Part shown: positions 39,517-49,425 of the stretch, piece after piece
Layout of the letters: each line of letters starts with the position of its first letter
Numbering within the stretch: the stretch's first letter is position 1
Origin: Candidatus Bathyarchaeota archaeon
GTDB lineage: Archaea > Thermoproteota > Bathyarchaeia > Bathyarchaeales > Bathycorpusculaceae
Length of the DNA stretch: 64,000 nt
Assembly: GCA_963833575.1 (NCBI GenBank)
Contig: CAWHXY010000004.1
Location: 224,001 to 288,000, forward strand
Reading direction: 5' to 3'
Notes under the pieces: generated by a model
What the model was told of the DNA's origin: nothing
What the model saw: only the letters and a program-made list of their open reading frames with translations
The model's database searches: none
Made by a program: the position numbers and the translations under genes

Positions 39517-40160
39517 TGTTTCACCCAGTCCACTTGAGTAATCAAATTGTAGGTGCTTCGTAAACCATCAAAAATTGCACCTGCGTAAGAGGGAACTGTT
39601 CGGGTTGAACCGAAGCTTCTCATCCACAGGTCTTTGACACCTGCTAAGCCTAAGATTACTTTAGCTACTTCGCTTGAAACTAAACCTAAGCCTCTTGGAC
39701 CTGGAACAATAACTACTCGAACTCCGCCGCATTTTCCTTCAACTTGGAATGGAACTGAATGAGGTTTACCGCAACCGCATTCCCAACTTCCGCATCCCCG
39801 TTTTACTGGAATAATATTTAGGCGGGCATTCGCGGCAGCCTTCTCAATAGCGTTTCGTACTTGGCTGGCTTTTCCTGAACCTAAGCCAATGTAGCCATCT
39901 CGGTTTCCAACAGCAACTATAGCTTTAAATCGGGATTTTTCGCCGGCGTCAGTTTGTTTCTGTACTAGATTAACGTTTATGACTTCTTCTTGTAGATCAG
40001 GAATAAGTGAATCAACTATTTGGGATTCAGAAATTTTTATGCCACTAAGAAATACATCTTCAATAGTTGTTATCTTACCTTCCTGAATCATTTTGCCCAA
40101 ACGGGTTTTAGGAACCCACTGCTCTAAGTTAGGTTTTCGATCATTATCTCTTCGACTCAT
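39513..40160 (-). CDS. rps5: 30S ribosomal protein uS5
   Basis: WVPKTRLG, RGCGSWECGCG, GPRGLGL. Confidence 0.97.
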   Translation of the reverse strand: MSRRDNDRKPNLEQWVPKTRLGKMIQEGKITTIEDVFLSGIKISESQIVDSLIPDLQEEVINVNLVQKQTDAGEKSRFKAIVAVGNRDGYIGLGSGKASQVRNAIEKAAANARLNIIPVKRGCGSWECGCGKPHSVPFQVEGKCGGVRVVIVPGPRGLGLVSSEVAKVILGLAGVKDLWMRSFGSTRTVPSYAGAIFDGLRSTYNLITQVDWVKQ

Positions 40161-40978
40161 GCTTTCTTTCCACCTTTCTTACTTGCCTTTTCCTTTGGCG
40201 CTGTCTTTTCCTTTGGCGCAGCTGATTCCTTTGCTGCTGCTTTTGGTTTTGCTGTTTTTTTAGCAGACAGCTTTTTTTGTTCTGCTGGAGCAGCCTTTTC
40301 TTCTTGAACTAGAACTTCTTCTTTTTTAATGGGGGCAACTTCTTTCTTGGCCGGTGCCGTTTTCTCTGGTTCAGGAATTACCTGTTTTCCAGTTTTAAAT
40401 GAATCAATAATTTCTGCTTTTGCTTTAGTGACGAGTTCAGCGATTTTTTCTGGAGCTACACCTCTTGAGGTGTATTTTGAGAATTTTGCGGTATATTCTT
40501 CTGAGCCAGCGCCTAAGCTTTTGGCATATTTGGCGATATGTTCGCCTTTCATTCGTTCCTTAACAATTTTTTCTTCACTGTGAGGAACCTGAACGCCTGC
40601 ATCCAAAACACCGCTTAACGCGGCGAAAATCTTGGCTCCTTTAGTGGGGGCAACCAAGCCAATGTCTAAGATTGCTTCTTTAAAGCCTTTAGTTTTTGCC
40701 TTCAAACCGCAGAGTAACCCTGTAAGGTAAGCTGCTGGAATGTTGCCAGTTGCTGCTTTCCAACTGTAATTCTTGACTAGTTCGCGGCTGTTAGCTGCAG
40801 CTAAAACTTCATCACCGTGAGATTTGGCAATCAATATTTGTACTGTTACGTTTCTATTTGCTCCTCTAATAACAAGCCTAGGCTTTCCAGAAGTAACTAG
40901 AGCTTTACGGGCTTGGTAATCAGTTTTTCCTTCACGTCTGCGTCTTAATTTTACTCTGTAATTGCTACTTTTTGCCAC
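40157..40978 (-). CDS. rpl18: 50S ribosomal protein uL18 with Lys/Ala/Glu/Pro-rich tail
   Basis: RRRREGKTDY, PRLV.R, N.PAAYLTG, LDIGL. Confidence 0.96.
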   Translation of the reverse strand: MAKSSNYRVKLRRRREGKTDYQARKALVTSGKPRLVIRGANRNVTVQILIAKSHGDEVLAAANSRELVKNYSWKAATGNIPAAYLTGLLCGLKAKTKGFKEAILDIGLVAPTKGAKIFAALSGVLDAGVQVPHSEEKIVKERMKGEHIAKYAKSLGAGSEEYTAKFSKYTSRGVAPEKIAELVTKAKAEIIDSFKTGKQVIPEPEKTAPAKKEVAPIKKEEVLVQEEKAAPAEQKKLSAKKTAKPKAAAKESAAPKEKTAPKEKASKKGGKKA

Positions 40979-41434
40979 TTAACGTTTCCTCCACAATTCG
41001 TTGGCTTTCAAGTTACGTTCCAACTCAGCTATAGACTGGAACCTACCACTTCCAGCCATCCTGTAATATTGGCTGTAAGTTTCTTCAGTTATGATTCTGG
41101 ATGCCTTTAACTCACGAAGCTTGCGTCTTAGAGAACGAATCTTAAGCATCCAAGCATCTTTCTTTGTAACTTTAGCATAGCCTGCGCCTGTGATGCTGCC
41201 AGGGCCACTACGTCTGCCTTTAAGCTTTTTCTCGCGGATCACTTTGGCTCTGGATCTGCTAACGCCCTTCTCAGGCTGTGAAACGATGATTTTCTCGTGA
41301 ATGAGTTTTCTTACTTCTTCGCGTGTAATTGCGCCTTCAACATCGCCCATACGTTCAGGGTCTATCCACACACGGTTTTGCCCGATTTTTAGGATTTGAG
41401 CTGCTAGACGCCTTTGGCTTTTTAGGTCGGTCAT
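40979..41434 (-). CDS. rpl19e: 50S ribosomal protein eL19
   Basis: QRRLAAQIL..G..RVWIDP, WM.KIR.LR. Confidence 0.97.
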   Translation of the reverse strand: MTDLKSQRRLAAQILKIGQNRVWIDPERMGDVEGAITREEVRKLIHEKIIVSQPEKGVSRSRAKVIREKKLKGRRSGPGSITGAGYAKVTKKDAWMLKIRSLRRKLRELKASRIITEETYSQYYRMAGSGRFQSIAELERNLKANELWRKR

Positions 41435-42048
41435 TGTTTTTCGTCTCCCTTCTTTGATTCAGGTTTGGTCTTCTTTGGTTCTTTTTCCTTCTTTTGCTTT
41501 TTCTCTTTCGTTGCCTTTTTCTCTTTACCTTTAGGCGTTTCTTCTTTCTCGATTTCTTTGTTTGCGGTTTCTTCCATTTCCTCTACTGTTTTGCCCTCAA
41601 TCTTTTCCTCTGTTTCTTCTTCTTTCTTTTCTGCTTCAGCGGAAACTTTAATGTTTAAGATTTTAAGGTTAAGTTTCTTGGCTTCTGCAATTACTAGGGC
41701 GCGTTTTCTTTTGCCAACTGTGTGTGAGATGCGTATCGCTTGAGTATTGGGATCAACAATGGATAGTTCTTGGACATTGTTAACAAGTACTTCTCGATAT
41801 CCTGATGGATGTAAGCCTCTGGCGATTTTCGGTCCCTTGTAACCAACGCTTACGCCAGCGGGCCAACCTTTAATTTTTCGCCGGATTTTGTTATCTAATC
41901 CTCTAGGCCTTCTCCAGCTTACGCTGAACCTATCATATTTCCAGCTTTCAGCTCTAATGAATTTAGGTTTCTTATTTTTAGCGCGAGCTCTGAGTTTTAG
42001 TTCTTTTTGTGATAATGATGGTTTCTTTTCGATTTTTTCAGTAGCCAT
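41431..42048 (-). CDS. rpl32e: 50S ribosomal protein eL32 with Lys/Glu-rich tail
   Basis: WRRPRGLDNK, RGLHPSGY. Confidence 0.96.
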   Translation of the reverse strand: MATEKIEKKPSLSQKELKLRARAKNKKPKFIRAESWKYDRFSVSWRRPRGLDNKIRRKIKGWPAGVSVGYKGPKIARGLHPSGYREVLVNNVQELSIVDPNTQAIRISHTVGKRKRALVIAEAKKLNLKILNIKVSAEAEKKEEETEEKIEGKTVEEMEETANKEIEKEETPKGKEKKATKEKKQKKEKEPKKTKPESKKGDEKQ

Positions 42049-42593
42049 TAGGCAATACCCTCGTTTCTTTCGTAAACGTAAATGCCGTCGAGGAAAACTC
42101 TTGGGTCTTTATTTCTTACTCTTGTAGCTTGTTCAATGTTGGCGGCGGTTTGACTTACGTGTTCTAAGTCTATTCCTTCAACAATGATATCGTCAGGTTC
42201 GATTTTGACTTTGACATCGCCGATTAATTCTATGCTACGTCCTCTTCGCTCCCCAGTAAAGTTTTCAATCAGTATAGATCTGCCTTGAAGCTTCACGGAA
42301 ATTGGGAAGTGGGAGAACACAATTTTTAGTTTGTATTGGTAGCCTTTTGTGACGCCTGTAATCATGTTTTGAATGTGTGATGTTATTGTTCCTACAAGGG
42401 CGGCTTCCTTTTTGCGGGGCCACTTTGCCCAAATGCGAATATTTTTGCCTTCGCCTTCGATTGTGATTGGGGCAAAAGTAAAGTCACGGACTAAAGAGCC
42501 TTTGGCACCTTTAACGTTGACTTTTTTGCCGTCTAGGCTTACATCCACGTTATCTGGAACTTTGATAGTTTTAGAGATTTCTGGGAGCCGCAT
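42048..42593 (-). CDS. rpl6: 50S ribosomal protein uL6
   Basis: SHFPI, ENFTGE, KDPRVFLDGIY. Confidence 0.97.
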   Translation of the reverse strand: MRLPEISKTIKVPDNVDVSLDGKKVNVKGAKGSLVRDFTFAPITIEGEGKNIRIWAKWPRKKEAALVGTITSHIQNMITGVTKGYQYKLKIVFSHFPISVKLQGRSILIENFTGERRGRSIELIGDVKVKIEPDDIIVEGIDLEHVSQTAANIEQATRVRNKDPRVFLDGIYVYERNEGIA

Positions 42594-42606
42594 AGATTAC
42601 ACTTCC

Positions 42607-42990
42607 TTAATATACGAAGGCTAATAGCCTTCCTCCAAGATTCTTTTCTTCAGCATCCTTGTGTGCAACCACGCCTTTTGAAGTGGAAACAACCATTATG
42701 CCTACGTCTCTGGATGGTAAGAACTTCTTTTCCCAGTCTTCGAATCCATCGACCTTAACTGGGTATCGCGGTTTTATTGGTCCGCACTTGTTGATTCTTC
42801 CTAAGAGCTGAACCTTGAATTTTCCAGAACGCCCATCGTCAATAAACTCGAATTCACCTATGTAACCGTTGAGTTGCATTATACGTAGGACTCGCCCCAG
42901 AAGTTTAGAGGCAGGACTAATAATGCATTCGCGCTTGTTTCGCGTTTCGTTATTTTTGATAGTTATCAAACCGTTTGTTAAAGTGTCCAT
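42607..42990 (-). CDS. rps8: 30S ribosomal protein uS8
   Basis: [30 protein letters not shown]. Confidence 0.97.
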   Translation of the reverse strand: MDTLTNGLITIKNNETRNKRECIISPASKLLGRVLRIMQLNGYIGEFEFIDDGRSGKFKVQLLGRINKCGPIKPRYPVKVDGFEDWEKKFLPSRDVGIMVVSTSKGVVAHKDAEEKNLGGRLLAFVY

Positions 42991-43001
42991 TTTCTTAGCT
43001 C

Positions 43002-43166
43002 CTACTCATATTTTTTGAACCCAAGTTTTGGGGCTGCCTCTCTGAAACAGTGCCTACATAAATATAAATTGTACCGTCGAATAACCGGTCCATAAGCACC
43101 GCATCTAACGCATGGTCTTGAGCCTTTTCCGTATTTCCGTACTTTTTTAAGTTGCTGTTTTCCCAT
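43002..43166 (-). CDS. rps14: 30S ribosomal protein uS14 (zinc type); absent from the ORF track because it is under 60 aa
   Basis: Manual translation [54 protein letters not shown]. Confidence 0.95.
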   Translation of the reverse strand: MGKQQLKKVRKYGKGSRPCVRCGAYGPVIRRYNLYLCRHCFREAAPKLGFKKYE

Positions 43167-43182
43167 ACATTCATCCTTCTGT

Positions 43183-43725
43183 TTACTCGATTTGGACTCC
43201 TAAGGTTTGTTTGACGAAAATTATTGATTCTTCGGGCGTTAAGATGTGCTTACGACCAATGCTTTGTTTTTCTTTACGTCGAATCCTTACTCTTTGCCCT
43301 GGACGATTAATTGAGACGCAAATATCCATGCCGAAGATTCCTATCTCAGGGTCATACTTTACGCCTGGAATTTCAATGTGTTCTTTTAGCCCGAAGGCGA
43401 AGTTGCCGCGTACATCGAAGGAAGACTTCGAAACTTTGTTATCCACGACTGGTAAGACCTTCTTTAAAAAGTCAATTGCTTTTTGTTTTCGCAATGTTAC
43501 AACGACTGCAATTGATTCGCCTTCACGTATGCCGAAGTCACGGATAGTTTTTTTGGCTTTTCTTTTGACTGGTGTCTGGTCTGTTATTTCTTTGAGGACT
43601 TTATTGGCTTTTTCAAGTGGCTCACCTGATTTTCCAACGTTAAGATTTACCACTACTTTTTCAATCTGTGGCTTAAGCATTGGATGCTCTGCCCAAGTCT
43701 TAACTATAGCTTCTTCTTCAGACAA
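43183..43725 (-). CDS. rpl5: 50S ribosomal protein uL5
   Basis: [28 protein letters not shown]. Likely TTG start at 43725. Confidence 0.95.
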   Translation of the reverse strand: MSEEEAIVKTWAEHPMLKPQIEKVVVNLNVGKSGEPLEKANKVLKEITDQTPVKRKAKKTIRDFGIREGESIAVVVTLRKQKAIDFLKKVLPVVDNKVSKSSFDVRGNFAFGLKEHIEIPGVKYDPEIGIFGMDICVSINRPGQRVRIRRKEKQSIGRKHILTPEESIIFVKQTLGVQIE

Positions 43726-44482
43726 CTGCAGATGCCTCCGGTATAGCAATAAGGGATTCATCCTCGCCTATCGAAAAGATAAAGTCCAAGATCGTTTGGT
43801 AACGAACTCCAACCGTGTCTTCGATTACGACTAGTGCTTGGCGACGTTTTTTAGCTTCAGTCTTTTCGATTTCTATTATTTTACCTTGTTTACCAATGTT
43901 CTTTCCGCCGGTAATTATTGCCAAGTTTCCTTCCTTGGTTTTCAAGCTTTGAACCACTTGTTTTTCTGGAACCTTCATTTTAAGGATGTCAAATGTGGAG
44001 TAGGTGACTTCTTCTGGATGCTTTGGGTCAGCAACTTTAATGAATAAATTTGAGCCGTCGTGAAATGAAATCTGTACGCCTTTCTTAGCCGTGTTTTTGT
44101 CTTCAACTCGGACTAGTTTGAAGTTTGCTTCTTCCTTGCTTATTGGGCTCACTACCAATCCCTTGTTGGAAGGCAATACTCGATAATATTTTCCTGCATC
44201 AGGCATAGATATAACATCCATTAGACCGACTGGAAAATCATCTTTCTGCACAACTTTTCCATCTACTAGCACCTTACTTTGAGCAAGGATTAGCTTGCCT
44301 TCTTTGCGTGTTTGTGCAATGCCGAGTATGTCTCGGAGAACAAGAGTCAATGATAGACAATTGTCCTGTGAGTGCGCGCCAGGTGAGGGCTTTACTATCC
44401 AAGGCATCTCTTTTCTATGAATTGGCCAGAACCTTGGAGCTGGCTTGCGTTTCATCCTTGCGGTTTTTCCTTTTTTACCCAA
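43718..44482 (-). CDS. rps4e: 30S ribosomal protein eS4
   Basis: KR..APRFWPI.RK, FPVGLMDVI, ITGGKNIG. Confidence 0.97.
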   Translation of the reverse strand: MGKKGKTARMKRKPAPRFWPIHRKEMPWIVKPSPGAHSQDNCLSLTLVLRDILGIAQTRKEGKLILAQSKVLVDGKVVQKDDFPVGLMDVISMPDAGKYYRVLPSNKGLVVSPISKEEANFKLVRVEDKNTAKKGVQISFHDGSNLFIKVADPKHPEEVTYSTFDILKMKVPEKQVVQSLKTKEGNLAIITGGKNIGKQGKIIEIEKTEAKKRRQALVVIEDTVGVRYQTILDFIFSIGEDESLIAIPEASAVV

Positions 44483-44484
44483 AA

Positions 44485-45306
44485 TTATTGTCCTCCTTCT
44501 TCTGAAATTTTACTTTTAGAACTTGACTTAGACGCTGTTTTCTTGGTTGACGTCTCTTTCGCAGATGGTTCTTTGGAAGCAGCGTTTTTCTTTGCCACCG
44601 GCTTTGGCTTTGAAGCTTTTTTAGCATGGACCTCTTCCTCGGCAAGCTTCTCTTTCGCCTCAGGTGCCTCTTCCTTTTTGGCGACTGGCGTTTTAGCGGC
44701 AGTTTTTTTTGCTGTTGTTTTCTTTGCTACAGGCGCTTCTTCTACGGCAAGTAACTCTTTAGGCTTTTTCGCTTCTATTTCTTCGGGAACCTTTTCCGCA
44801 GCTTCTTCTGCAATCCCAGTAACCTCAGGTTCTGCTGGTTTTTCCTTTTCGACTTCTTCAATTCTTGCTTTTGTCTTTTCAACTTTCTTTGAGGGCTTTA
44901 CTTTTGCTTTTTCTTCTTTCTCAGGCTTTTCTATTTCTTTCTTTCTGCCAAGGATCTCTTTTCGCTGTTTATCGTCAAGATTGAGATTTCTTATTTGAAT
45001 TTTGGATGGGTGCACCGAGATGAAAATGTTTGTTCCATCGACTTTTTCACGTGTTAATCCTTCAAGGTAAACTCGGAAATTTTTGGGGTCAACTCGTGAG
45101 ACTTTGCCTTCAAACCCTTTGTTATCGCCGCGTTGAATGCGGACTGTGTCACCTTTTCTCACAGGAAGAGTTTTTGCGCCTCTTGAAGCAGTAAGCTCGC
45201 TAGATAGTGGAGCTGCCATAAGCTTGTGACGAATATGAGCAGGAGCATTAAAGAGCCTTTTACGCTGTTTACCCGGATTTTTTACTCGTTTAGTTTCTTG
45301 CATCAT
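44485..45306 (-). CDS. rpl24: 50S ribosomal protein uL24 with ~150-aa Lys/Glu/Ala tail
   Basis: PGKQRK...AP.H.R.K, LPVRKGDTV...RG, VHPSK. Likely ATG at 45306 or 45303. Confidence 0.95.
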   Translation of the reverse strand: MMQETKRVKNPGKQRKRLFNAPAHIRHKLMAAPLSSELTASRGAKTLPVRKGDTVRIQRGDNKGFEGKVSRVDPKNFRVYLEGLTREKVDGTNIFISVHPSKIQIRNLNLDDKQRKEILGRKKEIEKPEKEEKAKVKPSKKVEKTKARIEEVEKEKPAEPEVTGIAEEAAEKVPEEIEAKKPKELLAVEEAPVAKKTTAKKTAAKTPVAKKEEAPEAKEKLAEEEVHAKKASKPKPVAKKNAASKEPSAKETSTKKTASKSSSKSKISEEGGQ

Positions 45307-45314
45307 TCTTACAC

Positions 45315-45755
45315 CTACACTATTATGCTTGAAGCGCTTGCAATTCTCGGCCATCTTTCAGCTGCTTCTCTTGCCACAGGACCCCTTATTTCAGAGCCTT
45401 TCATTTCGCCATCCGGAGTAATAATTACTGCTGCGTTATCTTCAAATTGAACCCAAACGCCATCGATGCGTCTGAAAGTTTTTCTTTGACGAACAATAAC
45501 CGCTTGGAAAATCTTCTTTCTCATGTCAGGTGAGCCTTGTCTAACGGAGACTGTTACTTTGTCGCCCACTGTAGCGGAGGGGTAACGTCGTAATCGACCT
45601 TTGTAACCCATAGCTTGAATCAAACGTAGAACTCGTGCACCTGTGTTATCAGTGCATTTCATTTCTGAACCTGATAGAAGCCCTCTGCTAATTTTTTGTC
45701 CGTGTGATAGCATTCCTTTTGCAACTAATGCTCTTTGTTTTGCCTTCGCCGCCAT
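45315..45755 (-). CDS. rpl14: 50S ribosomal protein uL14
   Basis: DNTGA, VIVRQRK, FEDNAAVI, GPVAREAAERWP. Confidence 0.97.
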   Translation of the reverse strand: MAAKAKQRALVAKGMLSHGQKISRGLLSGSEMKCTDNTGARVLRLIQAMGYKGRLRRYPSATVGDKVTVSVRQGSPDMRKKIFQAVIVRQRKTFRRIDGVWVQFEDNAAVIITPDGEMKGSEIRGPVAREAAERWPRIASASSIIV

Positions 45756-45756
45756 C

Positions 45757-46083
45757 CTACTTTTCCTCTCCTAATTTTTCTACCACAACAAAAGAAACAG
45801 TTTTGCTGATTGGTCTACATTCAGCAATTCTCACTCTATCCCCTTCTTTTACATCAATGCACGGGGTGTTGTGAGATGCAATGTGACCGTGTCTTCGTTC
45901 ATACCTTTGGAATTTGGATGAGAATTCTAAGTATTCTCTGTCCACTATGACGGTTTTATCCATTTTTGCTGTTTGAACTACGCCATCTAGTATGCGTCCT
46001 CTTATTGCAAGAGTTCCGTGGAATGGACAGTTTCGGTCATCGCAAGTTTTTTTCGGTTGCTTGAAAGTCAGAGACATTACCAT
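45757..46083 (-). CDS. rps17: 30S ribosomal protein uS17
   Basis: CDDRNCPFHG, ECRPISKT. Confidence 0.97.
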   Translation of the reverse strand: MVMSLTFKQPKKTCDDRNCPFHGTLAIRGRILDGVVQTAKMDKTVIVDREYLEFSSKFQRYERRHGHIASHNTPCIDVKEGDRVRIAECRPISKTVSFVVVEKLGEEK

Positions 46084-46358
46084 AACCTCTTAATGCTTTT
46101 TTTAAGTCGATCCTCAGGTCTGCCTACTAAAAGTTTGCCGTCAATTTCGGCAACTGTTCCGTCTGCAAACTGAAAGTTGAAAAATGCTAATTCTTTAATT
46201 ACACTTTTCGTTTGGCCTTCACTAATCAATGTGAAAGTGTTTTTTGTTTCGCCTACAACTATGCCGCCTAAACCAACGTAGCCGCCATGTGGGCTTCTTG
46301 TGATTTCAGCGCCAGTTCCAATAAATTCATAGCGAATAATGTCAGGAGTTATTTTCAT
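46077..46358 (-). CDS. rnp1: Ribonuclease P protein component 1 (Rpp29/POP4)
   Basis: EFIG...G.VV.ETKNT...IDG..L.GRPEDRLK. Confidence 0.93.
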   Translation of the reverse strand: MKITPDIIRYEFIGTGAEITRSPHGGYVGLGGIVVGETKNTFTLISEGQTKSVIKELAFFNFQFADGTVAEIDGKLLVGRPEDRLKKSIKRLW

Positions 46359-46663
46359 TGCGAAGTCGACTCCTTCGTTTCTTTCTTAACTTCATTTTTC
46401 TTTGCTGGCTTTTCCGTTTTTTTCTTGGGTTTTTCTTTGGGTTCCTCGGCTGCTTTCCTTATTCCCAGTTTATTCTCGTTTTCTACTGTCAGTATTTGAG
46501 CAATTGTTTTGCGCAATTCCCTAACTCGTGTTGGGTTCTCAACAGCGCCGCCAGCATTAATCATGGTTCTCATGCGAGCTAGCTCAACGCGTAAATCAAC
46601 CACTTTCTTTGCTCTATCCTCAGGGGACATGGCAACTATTTCTCTAAGCCGAATTATTGCCAT
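46355..46663 (-). CDS. rpl29: 50S ribosomal protein uL29 with Lys/Glu tail
   Basis: GGAVENPTRVRELRKTIAQILT. Confidence 0.95.
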   Translation of the reverse strand: MAIIRLREIVAMSPEDRAKKVVDLRVELARMRTMINAGGAVENPTRVRELRKTIAQILTVENENKLGIRKAAEEPKEKPKKKTEKPAKKNEVKKETKESTSQ

Positions 46664-47418
46664 TATTCTTTTTTCTCCTCAGGTTTTGGTTCATCTGCTA
46701 CTTCTTTGGCTTGCACTTCAGGTTCCTCCGAAGATTCTTCAATTGGAACTTCTGTCGGTGCTTGCTGTTCAGTTGATTTGACTATTACTTGAGCTGGAAC
46801 GGCGACTTTTTCTTCCTCAGGCAATTTTGTAAGAATAGTGATTCTGTCAGGGAAATATGCGTCTGGAGGCATAATCTTTACTCTTACGCCAATAATTCCT
46901 GGTTTTAGTTGAACATGTGCTTCAGCTTTTTTCATAGCCACTAGTGCTGGTTCTCCACATCGTGGGAAGTAGCCTGCTCGGAACTTTTCGAAGCGAGCAC
47001 GTTCGGTTGTTAGTTTGCCGCTTATAACTATTTCAGCGCCAAGTGCGCCTGCTTCCATGACTTGGTTTAATGCCCAAAAACCTGCGCGTCTGAAGTGAAC
47101 TCCTCGTTGTAGTGCTGAGGCCACTCTTGAAGCAATAACGTAAGCGTTGAATTCTGGGACTTCAATTTCTGAAACTGAAATTTGAGGGTTAGAAACTTTG
47201 AAATTTTGTTCTAGTGCTGAGGCGAGTTCTTTTATTGTTTCTCCTCCTCTACCGATAACTAAGCCTGGACGCATAGCATAAATTACAACATGTGTACCAA
47301 GTGGGGTTTTGGAAATGTTCACTCCACCATATCCAGCTCTGTCAAGTTTTTTTTGTAAAAACTCATCAATTTCTGTTCTTTTGATTGATTCGGTTATAAA
47401 ACGTTTTACTATGCTCAT
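46663..47418 (-). CDS. rps3: 30S ribosomal protein uS3
   Basis: RAGYGG, RPGLVIGRGG, GAEIVISGKL, GIIGVRVKIMPP. Confidence 0.97.
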   Translation of the reverse strand: MSIVKRFITESIKRTEIDEFLQKKLDRAGYGGVNISKTPLGTHVVIYAMRPGLVIGRGGETIKELASALEQNFKVSNPQISVSEIEVPEFNAYVIASRVASALQRGVHFRRAGFWALNQVMEAGALGAEIVISGKLTTERARFEKFRAGYFPRCGEPALVAMKKAEAHVQLKPGIIGVRVKIMPPDAYFPDRITILTKLPEEEKVAVPAQVIVKSTEQQAPTEVPIEESSEEPEVQAKEVADEPKPEEKKE

Positions 47419-47904
47419 TTATTGCTCTCCTGAGGATGGTTTTTCATCTAGGACTATTTCGACATGCGTTGTAGTGTCATATTTTGGTGAGGCGCTACCG
47501 TGGGCTCTTGGTGTGTAACGCTTTAATTTTATGCCTTGGTAAGCTGCCGCATGGATTATGCGTAATCGGTCAACATCTAAACCTTTGTTTTCAGCGTTTG
47601 ATTGGGCCGATTGTAAAACATCTAAGATCTGTTCGGACGGTTTAACAGGGTACCTTCCGCAAAAACTATTTACGAGCCCATGGCGATGGGGCAGTTTTTT
47701 ATTATACCTAGTGTAGGGAACAGCTTTCTTTTTGGCTGCGACGTCCCGTAAATACTGTTTTGCATCGTTTAGCATCATGCCTTTGATGGCTTTGCAGACT
47801 TCTCGAGCTGCTTTATGGGACACTTTGAGTTCTCTGCCGCTGGCTTTCGCTGTTTTTTCTGGATTGAGCAATTCTTCGATTATAGAGTATCCCCATTTTG
47901 GCAT
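47419..47904 (-). CDS. rpl22: 50S ribosomal protein uL22
   Basis: SHKAAREVC, GRYPVK, PRAHG; ATG 47904 (MPKWGYS). Confidence 0.96.
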   Translation of the reverse strand: MPKWGYSIIEELLNPEKTAKASGRELKVSHKAAREVCKAIKGMMLNDAKQYLRDVAAKKKAVPYTRYNKKLPHRHGLVNSFCGRYPVKPSEQILDVLQSAQSNAENKGLDVDRLRIIHAAAYQGIKLKRYTPRAHGSASPKYDTTTHVEIVLDEKPSSGEQ

Positions 47905-48213
47905 TCTTATATCTCCGATGCGCAAACAAACACGTAAAAGCAATTTATATGGCTTTCCGTATCAAAACATAAAGTTTCGATTATTTGGTTGAGTTGTGTT
48001 CCTGCGAGGGAACTATTCGAACGCGTGAGGTGTACAGTTTTGGATATAGCTTTTGCCTTTTATAGTTTACCTATAAAAATTTGTAGCTCTATATATCAGC
48101 AATAAATCTTGAGAAAACAGCTTTTAGTTCGTTGAATTAACCTGCCTGATAGTTATTGTTTTCAGTATGAAAAGAAGAAAGTCGCTGGAGGCAACCCTCA
48201 TCTTATTTCATTT

Positions 48214-48286
48214 TAGCTGCAAACTACAGCCATATTAAAAATGATTGAAAGAACAACAACAGTCCATGGATGCTTTGTTGTTGTTC
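48214..48286. repeat. Rearranged remnant of the dispersed element, with the tail motif in both orientations (hairpin)
   Basis: TAGCTGCAAAC...CATATTAAAAATG; GAACAACAACA (48251-61) pairs with TGTTGTTGTTC (48276-86). Confidence 0.5.
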
Positions 48287-48357
48287 GTCATTTCATTCTG
48301 CGATTTGTTTATGTTTCACTTAATCGCTAATGAACTTGTTAAACCGGAGCAAACTAA

Positions 48358-49425
48358 ATGTCGAATTCAAATGAAAAGATCACGATGCTGCATGGCGCTG
48401 GTGGGACAGTCATGCATAACTTGGTTAAGAACTACATTGTCAAATATTTCGGCGGTTTAGGCAATACAGCGGAAGTCCCATTGGAAGCTATGGATGACGC
48501 CGCAGTCATAGGCGACATAGTATTCAAAAGTGACTCCCACGCGGTGAAACCAATATTTTTCCCAGGCGGAGACATCGGACGTCTATCAATCTCAGGTACT
48601 GTTAATGACATTTCAGCTATGGGGGCAGAGCCATATGCTCTTGCTTGCGGGTTCATTTTGGAAGAAGGTTTGCTAATTGGTGATTTGGAGAAAATCCTCT
48701 ACAGTATGCATAAAACGTGTGTCGAAGCAGGCGTCGGCATCGTCACGGGTGATACGAAAGTAGTGGAGAAGGGCAGTTTAGGCGGCCTTGTAATGAATGT
48801 TTCAGGGATCGGCAAAAGAACAGCTGCCTTAGAAAACAACCTAGCAGTGGCCAAGCAATACCGAGCAATTGCCTCTCGCTGGACGCTGGATTCAAACCTT
48901 GTTTCAGGCGACAAAATCATCTTAACAGGAACCATCGGTGACCATGGATTAGCCGTGCTATCAGCCCAGCAGGGATTAAAGTTTGGCAGCGAAATAAAAT
49001 CTGACGTTCGTCCATTGAATCGTATGCTTCAACGATTATTTACTGAAATAGGGGGGGTTATTTCGGTAAAAGATCCTACTCGTGGTGGCTTAGCTGATGC
49101 CTTGAATGAGTGGACTGAGAAATCCAAAGTCGGCATATTAGTCAACGAAGACAAAGTTCCGATAAGACAGGATGTACAGGCTGCATGCGATATGCTTGGT
49201 TTAGATCCATTAGAAGTTGGAAATGAAGGTAAATACATCATCGGTGTTGTAGCCCAAAAAGCTGACCAAGTCCTTCAATTTTTGCGTCATACGGATGAGG
49301 GTAAAGATGCACAAATAATCGGCCAGGCCACAACGGAGTTCAAGGGTGTAGCCATGCAAACGACAGTGGGCGGAAAAAGAATAATTGCAAGACCTATTGG
49401 CGACCCCGTGCCGAGAATTTGCTAA
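48358..49425 (+). CDS. hypE: Hydrogenase maturation protein HypE
   Basis: HGAGG, FFPGGDIG, GDTKVV, DPTRGG, C-terminal PRIC. Confidence 0.96.
   Translation: MSNSNEKITMLHGAGGTVMHNLVKNYIVKYFGGLGNTAEVPLEAMDDAAVIGDIVFKSDSHAVKPIFFPGGDIGRLSISGTVNDISAMGAEPYALACGFILEEGLLIGDLEKILYSMHKTCVEAGVGIVTGDTKVVEKGSLGGLVMNVSGIGKRTAALENNLAVAKQYRAIASRWTLDSNLVSGDKIILTGTIGDHGLAVLSAQQGLKFGSEIKSDVRPLNRMLQRLFTEIGGVISVKDPTRGGLADALNEWTEKSKVGILVNEDKVPIRQDVQAACDMLGLDPLEVGNEGKYIIGVVAQKADQVLQFLRHTDEGKDAQIIGQATTEFKGVAMQTTVGGKRIIARPIGDPVPRIC

Noticed and set aside
43211-44998. Long + strand ORFs (207 aa and 193 aa) opposite ribosomal genes
   Set aside because: Antisense shadows of rpl5 and rpl24 with no recognisable motifs.
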